This document shows positions 22,818-33,530 of a stretch of DNA of 64,000 bases, piece by piece. A program made the position numbers and the translations under genes. Source of the DNA: an uncultured delta proteobacterium (lineage in GTDB: Bacteria > Myxococcota_A > Polyangia > Polyangiales > Polyangiaceae). Below the pieces are notes generated by a model. It did not search any database, was not told where the DNA came from, and saw only the letters and a list, made by a program, of their open reading frames with translations. The DNA lies in NCBI GenBank assembly GCA_963782055.1, contig CAWAIF010000003.1, positions 4,640,001 to 4,704,000 of the forward strand, written 5' to 3'. Position 1 is the stretch's first letter, and each line of letters begins with the position of its first letter.

Positions 22818-24653
22818 TCACCCGCCGGGGGACCCCGACGCGGCCTTTGCGAGCTTGACGCGCACCAGCTCCAGCGGCTCGGCTACCCCCTTGACGCTGG
22901 CGGAGAAGGGCTCGCCGACCACGACGCGCGGGTCGTCCCCCAGGAGCGCGGCCGCCCGCTTCTGGATGATCAGCTCCCCGCTCTCGGCGAGGTGCTGCAG
23001 ACGCGAGGCCACGTTCACCGTCTGGCCGAAGTAGTCGAGCGCGGCGTTGGCGGTGACGACGTAGCAGGCCCCCGCGAAGACCCCCAGCTTGATGTGGGTG
23101 CGCGCGCCGTGCTCCTTCTCCGCGCGGAACGTCTCGAAGCGCTCCAGGCACTCCAGCGCGGCCAGGATGCACGCCTTCTCGTCGACGAAGGACGCCATGA
23201 CCGCGTCGCCCATCGTCTTGACCACGACCCCCTCGTGCGCGGCGATGGCCGCGCGCATCACGTCGAAGTGGTCGTCGACGAGCCGGAACGCCGCCGCGTC
23301 GCCCACCGCGCTGTAGAGGGCGGTGGAGCCGGTGAGGTCGGAGAAGAAGATGGCCACGCGCGCCACCTTGAGCGGCGTCTCGCGCTTGAGCAGGTCGCCG
23401 GAGAAGACCGAGCGGAACTCGGGCAGGGTGGAGACCTCGTGCGCCGTCGCCGCCGCGCTCGCGTAGCCGAGGCGCTCCAGCTTGACGTGGCGCGCCCCGG
23501 ACGCCGCGTTCTCGACGCGCACGTCCCCGCCGGGACGCACGCGCAGGTCGGCGGGCTCCACCTTGTCGTCGGAGAGGTGCACGCGCGCCTCCGCCGGCGC
23601 CTCCGGGTCCACCTCCAGCGAGGCGCGGGCCCCGCCGCGGGAGAAGATGCGGTAGCGCCCCGCCTCGCCGGGCGCCGCGAGCGTGCGCTCCTGCCCGTGC
23701 TCCAGGTTGAGCTGGCTGAGGACGTGCGGCGTGCGGGCCGGACCGCCCGCGCAGAACATCATGTCGGGCACGCGGCGCACCGCGGGGTGGGGGTGGAAGG
23801 TGGCCTCCACGGCGCGGTCCAGGTCCAGCTCGAAGGCGATGTCGCACATCTGGCAGTGGCCGCTCAGGGAGATCTCGGAGAGGCTCGCCACCTCCTGGCT
23901 GGCGGTGCGGCAGCTCGGGCAGACGATCGCCCAGCGCAGCTCCACCAGACCGGACGCCACCGCGTGGAGGAAGGCGGCGAGCACCTCCCGCCGGGGCAGC
24001 CCCCACTCGTCGGCGATCTCGAAGGGGCGGATGCGGATGGCGTCGGCGTCGGCGCAGTCGCGCACGTGGGCGGCGAGCCGCTCGGCCAGCTCCTGGCGGA
24101 CGCCGCGCTCGACGACGCGGGCGCGGGCGCGCGCGAGCGCGTCGGGATCGCTCGGGGCCACGGGCTTCGCGAAGGGGTCCTCGGTGTGGTCGCGGATGTG
24201 CGCGTCGATGCGCTCGCCGAGGCCCAGCATGTCGCGCACCGCCTTGCGCCCGCCCATCCACGCGAAGGGCCGGAGCAGCACGCTCCTGGCCTCTGCCTCG
24301 AAGGTCACCGTGAGCTCGGTGCCGCCCTCGTGGCCCCCCCGCTCCGCGCTCATGGGATCGAGCCGCCAGCGCATGCGCAGGTACGCCAGGGGCCCCTGCA
24401 AGAAGCGTCGGTAGACGCCGAACTCGCGCTCGAAGGACCACTCGTAGGGGTACTCCTCGTAGACGACGTGGAAGCCGCCGAGGCGGGTCTCCCCGAGGAA
24501 GCGCGCGGCGCCCTCCAATCCCTCCAGCGGCCGGTAGCTCACCGGCTCCATGCCGATGAGCCGGTTCATGCGATCGGTGTCGACGATGAGCGGCCAGACG
24601 TCCTTCGGGGCGGAGGCGAGCTGGACCGAGTGGGAGACCTTGATCGCGCTCAT
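22818..24653 (-). CDS. Class III adenylate/guanylate cyclase with N-terminal SRPBCC-like domain and CxxC-containing (DUF5939-like) middle
   Basis: FFSDLTGST, VKTMGDAVMA, DYFGQTVNVASRL; CPSC/CQMC pair. Confidence 0.85.
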   Translation of the reverse strand: MSAIKVSHSVQLASAPKDVWPLIVDTDRMNRLIGMEPVSYRPLEGLEGAARFLGETRLGGFHVVYEEYPYEWSFEREFGVYRRFLQGPLAYLRMRWRLDPMSAERGGHEGGTELTVTFEAEARSVLLRPFAWMGGRKAVRDMLGLGERIDAHIRDHTEDPFAKPVAPSDPDALARARARVVERGVRQELAERLAAHVRDCADADAIRIRPFEIADEWGLPRREVLAAFLHAVASGLVELRWAIVCPSCRTASQEVASLSEISLSGHCQMCDIAFELDLDRAVEATFHPHPAVRRVPDMMFCAGGPARTPHVLSQLNLEHGQERTLAAPGEAGRYRIFSRGGARASLEVDPEAPAEARVHLSDDKVEPADLRVRPGGDVRVENAASGARHVKLERLGYASAAATAHEVSTLPEFRSVFSGDLLKRETPLKVARVAIFFSDLTGSTALYSAVGDAAAFRLVDDHFDVMRAAIAAHEGVVVKTMGDAVMASFVDEKACILAALECLERFETFRAEKEHGARTHIKLGVFAGACYVVTANAALDYFGQTVNVASRLQHLAESGELIIQKRAAALLGDDPRVVVGEPFSASVKGVAEPLELVRVKLAKAASGSPGG

Positions 24654-24745
24654 CGAGGCACCGAGTCTACTGCGCGCGGCCGCGTTCGTCCCCCCGACTC
24701 CACTCGCGCGCGGGACCGGCCCGGCAGTGTGATACGACGAGCCGG

Positions 24746-26029
24746 ATGATGGCGCCCGGCCCCGAGACGAAGCCGCACAGGCGGTGGCCGCGGGTCGTGC
24801 TCGCCGTGGGCGCGGTGCTCATCCTCGTCGCCATCGGCCTGGTCCTCTGGCTTCCCGGCTTCGTGAAGCGGCGCGTGATCGCCGAGGCCGCGGCGCACGG
24901 CGTGGTCCTCACCATCGACAACGCGGCGATCGGCATCGGCCGCGCGCGCTTCTTCGGCGTGACGGCGAAGCTGGCGGCGGTGCCGCAGATCACCGGCCAC
25001 GCCTCGCAGGTGGAGATCGGGCTGGACTGGCTCACGCCGAGCACCATCGACGCGAAGGACGCCTCGATCGACCTGGACGGCTCCGCCGCCGAGGTGATCA
25101 CCTCCTTCGACCGCTGGAGCCCCTCGCTCGCGGCGTCGCCCAGCCCGATCCAGCGCATCACGCTGGCCGGGGCGCGCATCCAGTGGAAGCACCTGGCCGG
25201 CGAGCGCCCGGTGCTCGACGCGACCGGCGTCTCGTGCGAGGCGAAGCAGGCCGCCGGCGGGTGGGGCGTGAAGCTGACGACGGAGAGCCTGGGCGTCACC
25301 ATCGGCTCGCAGAAGCTCGGTCCGTGGTCGCTGGACGCGACCGCCAGCGCGACGAAGGCGGACGTCCACCTCGCCCTCGCCCCCGGCAAGAGCCCGGCGG
25401 GCGTGGCGCTGGCGTGGGCCGCGGCGCAGGGCTCGACGCTGGACGTCAACGTGCCGAAGGGCACCTCCGCCGACGTGGGCATCCCCGCCGCCGTGCTGGG
25501 CATGGTGGGCGACGAGTCCTCCACGTTCGCGCTCGAGCTCCATCACACGCAGAAGGGCGCCGCCGGGCAGGGCGCCATCGCGATCGCGGCCGACCGCGTC
25601 TACCTGGGTCACTCCCCCGCCCCGACCTCCCTGCAGCTCGACGCCACCTACCAGGGCGCGCCGGCGAAGCTGGTCCTGCAGACGGGCAGCCTGCGCGCCG
25701 GCCCCTTCACCGGCGCGCTCAAGGGGAGCGTCGCGCTGCCCGGCATCGGCGGCGTGCCCGGTCCTCTCGGCATGGTCGCCGACCTGCATTACACCTCGGG
25801 TCTCATGTCGTGCTCCGACGCGGCGAAGGCGGCGACCGTCCAGAACCTGGGCGGCGACGTGGGCAAGGGCGTCAACGCGCTGGCCCACATGCTGGGCATG
25901 GACAAGGTGGTCCAGGGCTCGGTGCAGCTCGAGGCGACGATCGCCTTCGACACGCGGGCGCTGCCGAAGGCGACGGTGCAGTTCCGGACGAAGGGGGACT
26001 GCGCGCTGACGTATCTGCCCTCGCCGTGA
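24746..26029 (+). CDS. Hypothetical membrane-anchored beta-rich protein (AsmA-like?)
   Basis: N-terminal TM helix followed by long beta-strand-like sequence; typical codon usage. AsmA resemblance is tentative. Confidence 0.6.
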   Translation: MMAPGPETKPHRRWPRVVLAVGAVLILVAIGLVLWLPGFVKRRVIAEAAAHGVVLTIDNAAIGIGRARFFGVTAKLAAVPQITGHASQVEIGLDWLTPSTIDAKDASIDLDGSAAEVITSFDRWSPSLAASPSPIQRITLAGARIQWKHLAGERPVLDATGVSCEAKQAAGGWGVKLTTESLGVTIGSQKLGPWSLDATASATKADVHLALAPGKSPAGVALAWAAAQGSTLDVNVPKGTSADVGIPAAVLGMVGDESSTFALELHHTQKGAAGQGAIAIAADRVYLGHSPAPTSLQLDATYQGAPAKLVLQTGSLRAGPFTGALKGSVALPGIGGVPGPLGMVADLHYTSGLMSCSDAAKAATVQNLGGDVGKGVNALAHMLGMDKVVQGSVQLEATIAFDTRALPKATVQFRTKGDCALTYLPSP

Positions 26030-26051
26030 GGGCTGTGCTACACCCCGGGCC

Positions 26052-26261
26052 ATGCGAGGATTCCTTCAGCCCGCCAAGCGCGTCACCCCCACCGAGGCGC
26101 AGGCTCGCTTCGCCTCCCTCTCCCGCGGCCGCCGCTCCAAGCTCGCGCGCGCCGCGAACACGACGCTCGTCAAGGCCGACCAGTGGGCCCGGGCCGATGG
26201 CGTGCCCAAGGGCGTCGGCGAGGCGCTGCAGAGCGCGCTCGGCTCGCTGAAGAAGAAGTAG
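26052..26261 (+). CDS. Small basic hypothetical protein
   Basis: 69 aa ORF with typical codon usage filling the intergenic space. Confidence 0.55.
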   Translation: MRGFLQPAKRVTPTEAQARFASLSRGRRSKLARAANTTLVKADQWARADGVPKGVGEALQSALGSLKKK

Positions 26262-26275
26262 TCGCGCGCGGAGCC

Positions 26276-27013
<738 letters not shown>

Positions 27014-27022
27014 GCTCTTTAG

Positions 27023-27047
27023 GACGGCCCAGACGCGAGGAAGTTTC
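27023..27047 (-). promoter_or_regulatory. ECF-sigma-type promoter (AAAC-N16-CGTC)
   Basis: GAAAC-ttcctcgcgtctgggc-CGTC, 9 nt before the ATG; the same geometry precedes the paralogue. Confidence 0.6.
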
Positions 27048-27127
27048 CCGCGATGGCCTGATTCGACAATCCGCGGGCGCCCACGGCTCGTCTTGCGTGC
27101 GGCGTGGCGGCGTTGCGCGGGCCCCCG

Positions 27128-27724
27128 TCATGTTTGCGGCGCAACGAGCGCGTAGGCGCGATCAAGCTCGCGCAGGCCCTCCGCGCGACGGGCCTGCGCC
27201 CGGCGGGCACGGTCGTCGTCCCGTGAAACCCAGAACCCGTACTCGGCACGCCGGTCGAGCGTCGCCTCGTCGCCGAATCCGAGCCGGATGCGCATGCAGA
27301 GCGCCTCGAGGTGTCTGCGCGCGCTGGCGCACCGCCGCGGGTCGGGCCAGCGCCGCTCGCCCGGCGCAAGCGCGCCGTCCAGCGCGTGCCCCACGTGCCC
27401 CACGAGCACGAGCCCGTAGTACGCCCGCCGGATCCGCCGACGCCCCTCGGGCGTGAGCGCGACGACGACCTCGCGCCCGTCACGCCGCCGGGTGACGAGC
27501 CCGATCTTCTCGAGTGACCGCATCATCTCGCTGATGGTGGCCCGCGCCACGCCGAGCCCGCGCCGCAGGTCGCTCTGGAAGTGCGCGCACCCCGTCCCGA
27601 GCCGGTAGAGCGCATCGAGCACGTCGAACCGCGCTGCCGTCAGCCCCATCGCCCGGAGCGCCCGCCGCGTCAGCCGCAGCGTCGCGTAATACGCCCGCTT
27701 GATCGTGAAGAACACCGGATCCAT
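27128..27724 (-). CDS. MarR-family winged-helix regulator, copy 1
   Basis: GLTAARFDVLDAL...QSDLRRGLGVARATISEMMRSLEKIGLVTRRRDGREVVVALTPEG; 198 aa like copy 2. Confidence 0.85.
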   Translation of the reverse strand: MDPVFFTIKRAYYATLRLTRRALRAMGLTAARFDVLDALYRLGTGCAHFQSDLRRGLGVARATISEMMRSLEKIGLVTRRRDGREVVVALTPEGRRRIRRAYYGLVLVGHVGHALDGALAPGERRWPDPRRCASARRHLEALCMRIRLGFGDEATLDRRAEYGFWVSRDDDRARRAQARRAEGLRELDRAYALVAPQT

Positions 27725-27736
27725 CCCCGCCCCCCA

Positions 27737-27752
27737 AGCACCCCCCATGCCA
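27737..27752 (-). promoter_or_regulatory. Sigma54-like -24/-12 element upstream of MarR copy 1
   Basis: TGGCAT-GGGGG-GTGCT with GG-N10-GC spacing. Confidence 0.45.
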
Positions 27753-27782
27753 CCCCCCCCTCCCCACGGATTCCCGCGGAAA

Positions 27783-27814
27783 CGTCGGAGTGCAAGGACC
27801 CTTGCACTCCGACG
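27783..27814. promoter_or_regulatory. Perfect palindrome (15-bp arms), copy 1
   Basis: CGTCGGAGTGCAAGG-AC-CCTTGCACTCCGACG. Confidence 0.8.
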
Positions 27815-27980
27815 GTTGGTGTCCGGGGACGGAAAGGGGGACAGGGGGGACAGGGGGACGGGCGGGGGCTTTTGCGGGGGACGTCCATCCAGCGGGACGC
27901 CCACACAAGCGGACGCTCCGGCGTGTTGGGCGTCGCGTCGAGAGGCCGCGCGCCTGGGGCGAGGAACCGGCGCGTGCGAC

Positions 27981-28005
27981 AAAACTTCGGCCCCGCTCGA
28001 TCGTC
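27981..28005 (+). promoter_or_regulatory. ECF-sigma-type promoter (AAAC-N16-CGTC)
   Basis: AAAAC-ttcggccccgctcgat-CGTC, 9 nt before the ATG at 28015. Confidence 0.6.
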
Positions 28006-28014
28006 CAACCCCCC

Positions 28015-28728
28015 ATGCCCTACCGCGACGAGAAGGAAGCCCTGCGCGCCCGACTGGAGGAGCTGGAGCGGAGCCTCTCCCACATCGACACCCGCTCCCG
28101 GGAGCTGGACGACCTCCGCCGCGACGAGCCCGACCTACGCCGCCGGCGCGACGAGCTGCGCGGCAAGCTGCGCGAGCTGGAGGGCCGTCGCACCCTCCCC
28201 ATGCTCGACGACGTCCGCGTCGCAAGCCCGTGCCACGAGAAGTGGGAGGACATGGTCGGCGACCAGGCGTCGCGCTACTGCCTCAAGTGCGAGAAGAACG
28301 TCTACGACCTCTCCTCGATGACCCGCGAGCAGGCCGACGCCCTCATCCTCGCGAAGGAGGGCAAGCTCTGCGTCCGCTTCTACCGCCGGGCCGATGGCAC
28401 CATCCTGACCGCCGACTGTCCGGAGGGCGTAGCCCGCAAGCGCCGCCGCCGCGTCGCCGCCGGCCTGGTCGGCGCGGGCCTCCTCGCCTCCGGCGCCATG
28501 GGCGCGGGGCTCGCCATGACTGACACCGGCGCCAACCCCCACACGATGGGGGACATGGCCGCCGTGGGCAAGACGGGCACCCACGAGACGACCAGCCCGA
28601 CCTTCGAGCGCGGCCAGCCCCCTCGCCGCCACGTGGAGATGGGCGGCATCGGACACGTACCCCCGCAGCACGTCACGATGGGCAAGATGGTGGTGCACAC
28701 GGCCGACCCGAAACCATCCAAGCGCTGA
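28015..28728 (+). CDS. Coiled-coil + Cys-cluster + TM protein, paralogue 2
   Basis: MPYRDEKEALRARLEEL... same architecture as 26276..27013 with a different C-terminal tail. Confidence 0.8.
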   Translation: MPYRDEKEALRARLEELERSLSHIDTRSRELDDLRRDEPDLRRRRDELRGKLRELEGRRTLPMLDDVRVASPCHEKWEDMVGDQASRYCLKCEKNVYDLSSMTREQADALILAKEGKLCVRFYRRADGTILTADCPEGVARKRRRRVAAGLVGAGLLASGAMGAGLAMTDTGANPHTMGDMAAVGKTGTHETTSPTFERGQPPRRHVEMGGIGHVPPQHVTMGKMVVHTADPKPSKR

Positions 28729-28761
28729 GCCGAACCGCGCGGAGGCGGCAGCCCCCTCCCC

Positions 28762-29877
28762 TCACCCGTTCTTCTTCGCGAAGTCCTTCATGAAGTCGGC
28801 CAGCAGGCGCGCCCACTCCACCGGCACCGCGTTGTAGAGCGAGACGCGGATCCCGCCCACCGAGCGGTGGCCCTTCAGGCCCACCATCCGCTCCTTCTTC
28901 GCCTCGCTCACGAACTTCGCCTCCAGCTCCTCGCTCGGCAGGCGGAAGACCACGTTCATCACGCTGCGGTCCTCCTTCGCCACCGGCGCGCGGTAGAAGC
29001 CGCCGCTCCCGTCCACCGCGCCGTAGACGAGCCCCGCCTTCTCGCGGTTGCGCTTCTCCATCGCGGGCAGGCCGCCCTCGCCCTTCACCCAGTCGAGGAC
29101 GTTGCGGATCAGGTAGATGGAGAAGGTGGGAGGCGTGTTGTAGAGCGACTTCGCCTCGGCGTGCGTGCGGTACTGGAAGATCTTGGGGATGTCGGCGCGC
29201 CCCTGCGCGACGAAGCTCTTCTTCATCACCACCACCACGATGCCGCTCGGCCCGATGTTCTTCTGCGCGCCCGCGTAGACCATCGCGTAGCGGGAGAGGT
29301 CCGTCGGGCGCCAGAGGAAGTCGCTCGACATGTCGCAGACGTGCGGCACCGCGCCGGTCTCGAAGGGCTCGTGGCGCTCCACGCCGTGGATGGTCTCGTT
29401 GGTGGTGGTGTGGACGTACGCGGCGCCGGCGTCGAGCTGCGCGTCGGCGGTCTTGGGCGCCCGCACGTAGGTCTTGTCCTTGCCCTCGCCCGTCACCGAA
29501 GTCGCCGCGACGCGCACGCTGGCGCCGTAGAGCTTGGCCACCACCTTCGCCTCGCTCACTGCCTTCTCACCCCAGGTGCCGTTGACGACGTAGTCGGCGC
29601 TCTTGCCCTGGGCGAGGAAGTTCATCGGCATCACCGCGAACTGCTGCGAGGCGCCGCCCTGCAGCAAGAGCACGTCGCTGTCGTCCCCGATGCCGGCGAG
29701 CTCGCGCAGCAGCGCGATCGCCTCGTCGTGGACGGCCTCGTAGTCCTTGCCGCGGTGGCTGTGCTCCATCACCGACATCCCGGTGCCGGCGAAGTCGGTC
29801 AGCTCCGCCTGGGCGCGCTCGAGCGCGGGCAGCGGAAGGGTGGCGGGGCCTGCGTTGAAGTTGATCGCACGGGTCAT
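28762..29877 (-). CDS. serC: Phosphoserine aminotransferase
   Basis: [58 protein letters not shown]. Confidence 0.97.
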   Translation of the reverse strand: MTRAINFNAGPATLPLPALERAQAELTDFAGTGMSVMEHSHRGKDYEAVHDEAIALLRELAGIGDDSDVLLLQGGASQQFAVMPMNFLAQGKSADYVVNGTWGEKAVSEAKVVAKLYGASVRVAATSVTGEGKDKTYVRAPKTADAQLDAGAAYVHTTTNETIHGVERHEPFETGAVPHVCDMSSDFLWRPTDLSRYAMVYAGAQKNIGPSGIVVVVMKKSFVAQGRADIPKIFQYRTHAEAKSLYNTPPTFSIYLIRNVLDWVKGEGGLPAMEKRNREKAGLVYGAVDGSGGFYRAPVAKEDRSVMNVVFRLPSEELEAKFVSEAKKERMVGLKGHRSVGGIRVSLYNAVPVEWARLLADFMKDFAKKNG

Positions 29878-29937
29878 GGGCTGCCAAGCATGATGGGCTT
29901 TGCCCCGGGGGCGCAAGGGCGTAGAAGGCCTCTCGCC

Positions 29938-30255
29938 GTGAGGTCCTTGCCACCGTCCGCCCTCGCCGTGGGGCTGCTCCTCCTGGCCCCGGGGTGTCAC
30001 CGCCGCGTCACCCGGGCAGAGTGCGACGCCATGCTCGACCGCTACGTCGACATGACCCTCGGCGACGACCCCGCCCTCGCCAAGGTGCCCCCGGAGCAGC
30101 GGGCGGAGGCCAGCGCGGCGGCCCTGGCCGACAAGCGCGAGCAGCCCGAGTACCGGCGGCGGGAGGCCCAGTGTCTCCGGGAGGTCGGCCGCGACGAGTA
30201 CGACTGCGCCATGAAGGCCCCCACCCCCAACGAGTGGGAAGCCTGCATCGAGTAG
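29938..30255 (+). CDS. Small 4-Cys lipoprotein
   Basis: LLLAPGC lipobox; C...C-x10-C-x12-C pattern. Confidence 0.65.
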   Translation: MRSLPPSALAVGLLLLAPGCHRRVTRAECDAMLDRYVDMTLGDDPALAKVPPEQRAEASAAALADKREQPEYRRREAQCLREVGRDEYDCAMKAPTPNEWEACIE

Positions 30256-30302
30256 CCCATTTTTCGCCCCCTAGCCGGGTGGGGGTCGGTACTCTACCGC
30301 CG

Positions 30303-30797
30303 ATGCGAACCACGACGTCGGGGCTCATCGGCCTCCTCCTTTGCGGCAGCGTCGCGTGCGCGGGGTCGCACCCGCCGCCGCCCATCGAGGAGGTGCCCAT
30401 CAACCAGGACCCCTCGGTGTCCGGGATGGATGACGACTCCTCCGGCGGGGGCACGACCGACGACCACGGCGGCACCGGGGACCACACGGTGGACACCACG
30501 GCGCACCACGACAAGGACGCCGGCGCCGACGAGACCCCCGACGCCGGGGAGACCGCCACGACGTTCAAGCATCACGCGGGCGGGCTGACCCTCAAGCAGT
30601 GCACCGACATGGTGATGCACCTGGCCAAGCTCACCGCCAAGGAGACGAAGAAGAAGGCCCCCAGGGAGAAGGACCTCGCGCAGCACCCCATCTACGGACA
30701 GATGGTGGTCCAGTGCGGCGACGAGACCACCAAGAAGCAGTACCACTGCGCGGCGCGGGCCCACAGCTCGTCCGCCTGGCGAAAGTGCATGAAATGA
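30303..30797 (+). CDS. Lipoprotein with C-terminal 4-Cys domain
   Basis: SVAC lipobox, acidic linker, C...C-x10-C-x12-C; TACTCT 7 nt before ATG. Confidence 0.7.
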   Translation: MRTTTSGLIGLLLCGSVACAGSHPPPPIEEVPINQDPSVSGMDDDSSGGGTTDDHGGTGDHTVDTTAHHDKDAGADETPDAGETATTFKHHAGGLTLKQCTDMVMHLAKLTAKETKKKAPREKDLAQHPIYGQMVVQCGDETTKKQYHCAARAHSSSAWRKCMK

Positions 30798-31594
30798 GCC
30801 TCGACGTCACAGCTCGCCGCGGGGGCATGCTCCCCCTCCTCGCCGTACTCGCCCTGCTGCCGCTCGCGTGCGGCGGCGGCCAGGAAGAGACCAAGACCGC
30901 CGACAACGCGCAGGGCGACGACACCTCGTCGGACAACGGCGGCGCCACGGCCGACGAGGGCGACGGCGGCGCCACGGCCGACAACGCCGACGCCGCCAAG
31001 CCCGACCCCTGCACCGGCTTCGACATGGACCTGGCGACCGCGCTCATGGAGGACGCGTGCGAGGCCCCCAACCCCAAGCCGGACGCCAAGCCACTCGACG
31101 TGCAGGGCAAGCTGGACGTCAAGGTCATCCCCTCCAGCGGCGCCGTCGCGCCCGGCGGCCACGTCGACCTGACCGTGGTCATGACCAACAAGTCGAAGGC
31201 CCCCATCTCCCTGGACTTCTCCCTCGACCCCACCCCCCGCTTCGTCGTGGAGGCCTACACGCCGAAGGGCAAGCGCGTCGACATGCCGCACGGCAACCCG
31301 CCCAAGCTGCCGCCCGGCGTCCCGGAGCGCGTGGCCACCATCCACAACACCGCCCGCATCACCATCGTCCCCAACGGCACCGCCAAGGCGAAGGTCGGCT
31401 GGGACGCGGTGCGCACCAAGTGGGCGCCGAAGAAGCTCCGCGGCACGCCGCCGGAGGAGGGCTACCCGCGCGAGCCGGCGGGCAAGCTCCCCAAGGGCCG
31501 CTACGAGCTGCGCGTCGTCACGCCGATGGAGGGGATCTTCGAGGGCGAGAACCACGAGGTGAGCGCGCCGAAGGTCGAGATCGTCGTTCAGTGA
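30794..31594 (+). CDS. Hypothetical lipoprotein (Ig-like C-terminal region)
   Basis: PLAC lipobox, acidic linker, beta-rich domain; ATGA overlap with the upstream gene. Confidence 0.7.
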   Translation: MSLDVTARRGGMLPLLAVLALLPLACGGGQEETKTADNAQGDDTSSDNGGATADEGDGGATADNADAAKPDPCTGFDMDLATALMEDACEAPNPKPDAKPLDVQGKLDVKVIPSSGAVAPGGHVDLTVVMTNKSKAPISLDFSLDPTPRFVVEAYTPKGKRVDMPHGNPPKLPPGVPERVATIHNTARITIVPNGTAKAKVGWDAVRTKWAPKKLRGTPPEEGYPREPAGKLPKGRYELRVVTPMEGIFEGENHEVSAPKVEIVVQ

Positions 31595-32553
31595 CCTCTC
31601 CCACCGCTCCTCGCGGGGGCTTCCGCGCGGTCTTCTTCGGCACGCCCGAGTTCTCGGTGCCGTGCCTCGAGGCGCTGGCGGAGGTGGCGACGGTCGTCGC
31701 CGCGGTGTGCCGGCCGGACAAGCCCGTCGGCCGCGGCCTCGCGATGCAGGAGCCGCCCGTGAAGCGGCGCGCGCAGGCGCTGGGCATCCCCGTGGTGCAG
31801 CCCACCAAGCTGCGCACCGGGGAGTTCGCCGCGTGGCTGCGCGAGCAGAACGCCGACGTGGCGCTCGTCGTCGCCTACGGCCGCATCCTGCCCCAGGACG
31901 TGCTGGACGCGCCGCGCCTCGGGTGCGTCAACGTCCACGCGTCCATCCTGCCAAAGTACCGCGGGGCGGCGCCCATCGCGTGGGCGGTGGTGCGCGGCGA
32001 GGAGGAGACGGGCGTCACCCTGATGAAGATGGACGCCGGCATGGACACCGGCGACATGCTGGAGACCTGGCGCACCCCCATCGGCGACGAGGAGACGGCG
32101 GGCGAGCTCTCCGTGCGCCTCTCCCGACTGGGCGCCGAGGCGGTGCGCGCCGGCCTGCCGCGGTACGTGCGCGGCGAGTACGTGCCGCGGTCGCAGGAGC
32201 ACGCCCTCGCCACGACCGCGCCCATGCTGGAGAAGGCGCATGGCCGCGTCGACTGGTCGCGCCCCGCGAGGGAGGTCCACGACCTGGTGCGCGGCATGAA
32301 CCCCTGGCCGATGGCGCAGACGTCCCTCGCGGGCAAGCGCGTCATCCTCCACCGCACCCGTCGCGAGGGGGCGCCCCCGCACCCCGCGAAGCCCGGCGAG
32401 GTGGTGCTGGCCGACAAGACGCGCGTCCTGATCGCCTGCGGCGACGACACGATCGACCTCCTCACCGTGCAGCTCGAGGGCAAGAAGCCCATGCGAGGCG
32501 CCGACTGGTACCTCGGCCGCGGCGTGAAGGAAGGGGACCTTCTCGGCTCCTGA
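31591..32553 (+). CDS. fmt: Methionyl-tRNA formyltransferase
   Basis: VFFGTPEF, PDKPVGRG, VVAYGRIL, NVHASILPKYRGAAPI, MDAGMDTGD. Confidence 0.97.
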   Translation: MTSPTAPRGGFRAVFFGTPEFSVPCLEALAEVATVVAAVCRPDKPVGRGLAMQEPPVKRRAQALGIPVVQPTKLRTGEFAAWLREQNADVALVVAYGRILPQDVLDAPRLGCVNVHASILPKYRGAAPIAWAVVRGEEETGVTLMKMDAGMDTGDMLETWRTPIGDEETAGELSVRLSRLGAEAVRAGLPRYVRGEYVPRSQEHALATTAPMLEKAHGRVDWSRPAREVHDLVRGMNPWPMAQTSLAGKRVILHRTRREGAPPHPAKPGEVVLADKTRVLIACGDDTIDLLTVQLEGKKPMRGADWYLGRGVKEGDLLGS

Positions 32554-32599
32554 CCTCACCCCCCAGCCCCCTCTCCACGAAGTGGAGAGGAGGAGGAGG
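32554..32599. repeat. REP-like palindromic repeat, copy B
   Basis: CCTCACCCCCCAG-CCCCCTCTCCACGAAGTGGAGAGG between convergent genes; core identical to 7280-7303. Confidence 0.75.
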
Positions 32600-33382
32600 T
32601 CACGCGCTGGGGAGGGTTGCCTGGACCTTGCCCTGGTCGAAGACCCACATCTCGCCCGGCTTCCCCTGGGTCCAGACCTCGTCGCGGGTGAGCGGCATCG
32701 TCGCCACCACCGCGACGCGATCCTTCGGCGTCGTCACCTCGGCGAAGTCCACGCGCAGGTCGGCGTCGGCGAGCGTCGCCTTGCCGAAGGGCGCCTGCCG
32801 GATGATGTAGCAGAGCTTGGTGGCACACCGCGCGTAGAGGTGGCGCCCGTCGCCGAGCAGGAAGTTGAAGGTGCCGCCCTCCCCGAGCATGCCGCCCACG
32901 CGCGCGACCGCGGCCCAGAGCTTCGCCCGCTCCTTCGGGAAGTCGCCGAAGCGCCGCGACAGCCGGTCGAGCAGCACGCAGAAGGCGTGCTCGCTGTCGG
33001 TGTCGCCGATGGGGTGGAAGCGTCCGAGCTTGTGCCGCCGCACGTCGCGCACCGTGCCGTTGTGCGCGAACACGAACTGTCGCCCCCACAGCTCCCGCAC
33101 GAAGGGGTGGGTGTTCTCCAGCGAGACCTTCCCGCGGGTGCGCCGCCGCACGTGCGCCACCGCCAGCAGCGTCTTGATGGGGTTCTGCTGGACGTAGGTG
33201 GCGAGGGGGGAGCGCGACGCCGCCGCGGGCTCGAGGAAGGTGCGCACCGCGCGCCCCTCGTACAGGGCGAGGCCCCACCCGTCGGCGTGCGGCCCCTTGA
33301 GCCCCCCGCGCAGGGCGAGGCCGGAGAAGGAAAAGACGATGTCCGTCGGGACGTTGCACTCCATGCCCAACAGCTCGCACAT
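32600..33382 (-). CDS. Class II glutamine amidotransferase (YafJ-like Ntn hydrolase)
   Basis: MCELLG start, HADGWG, ENTHPF, FAHNG, GDTDSE. Confidence 0.9.
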   Translation of the reverse strand: MCELLGMECNVPTDIVFSFSGLALRGGLKGPHADGWGLALYEGRAVRTFLEPAAASRSPLATYVQQNPIKTLLAVAHVRRRTRGKVSLENTHPFVRELWGRQFVFAHNGTVRDVRRHKLGRFHPIGDTDSEHAFCVLLDRLSRRFGDFPKERAKLWAAVARVGGMLGEGGTFNFLLGDGRHLYARCATKLCYIIRQAPFGKATLADADLRVDFAEVTTPKDRVAVVATMPLTRDEVWTQGKPGEMWVFDQGKVQATLPSA

Positions 33383-33530
33383 CGCCCCGAGCGTAGCGGA
33401 GGACGCAGCCCACGGCGGAGCCTTCTGCGGCCGCGCGGTGCGTGCCCGGCTACGCACTTGTCATCGACGCCGCCTCGCCGTAAAGAGCACCTCGGCGGCA
33501 CGGCCGCCCCTGGAGGCAGGGGTTTCCCCC

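Larger units (their letters stand above)
27128..27862 (-). repeat. MarR cassette dispersed repeat, copy 1
   Basis: Near-identical to about 50755..51483 including ~135 bp of upstream non-coding DNA. Confidence 0.9.

Noticed and set aside
27128..27862. MarR cassette as a classical IS element
   Set aside because: No transposase motifs, terminal inverted repeats or target-site duplication visible.
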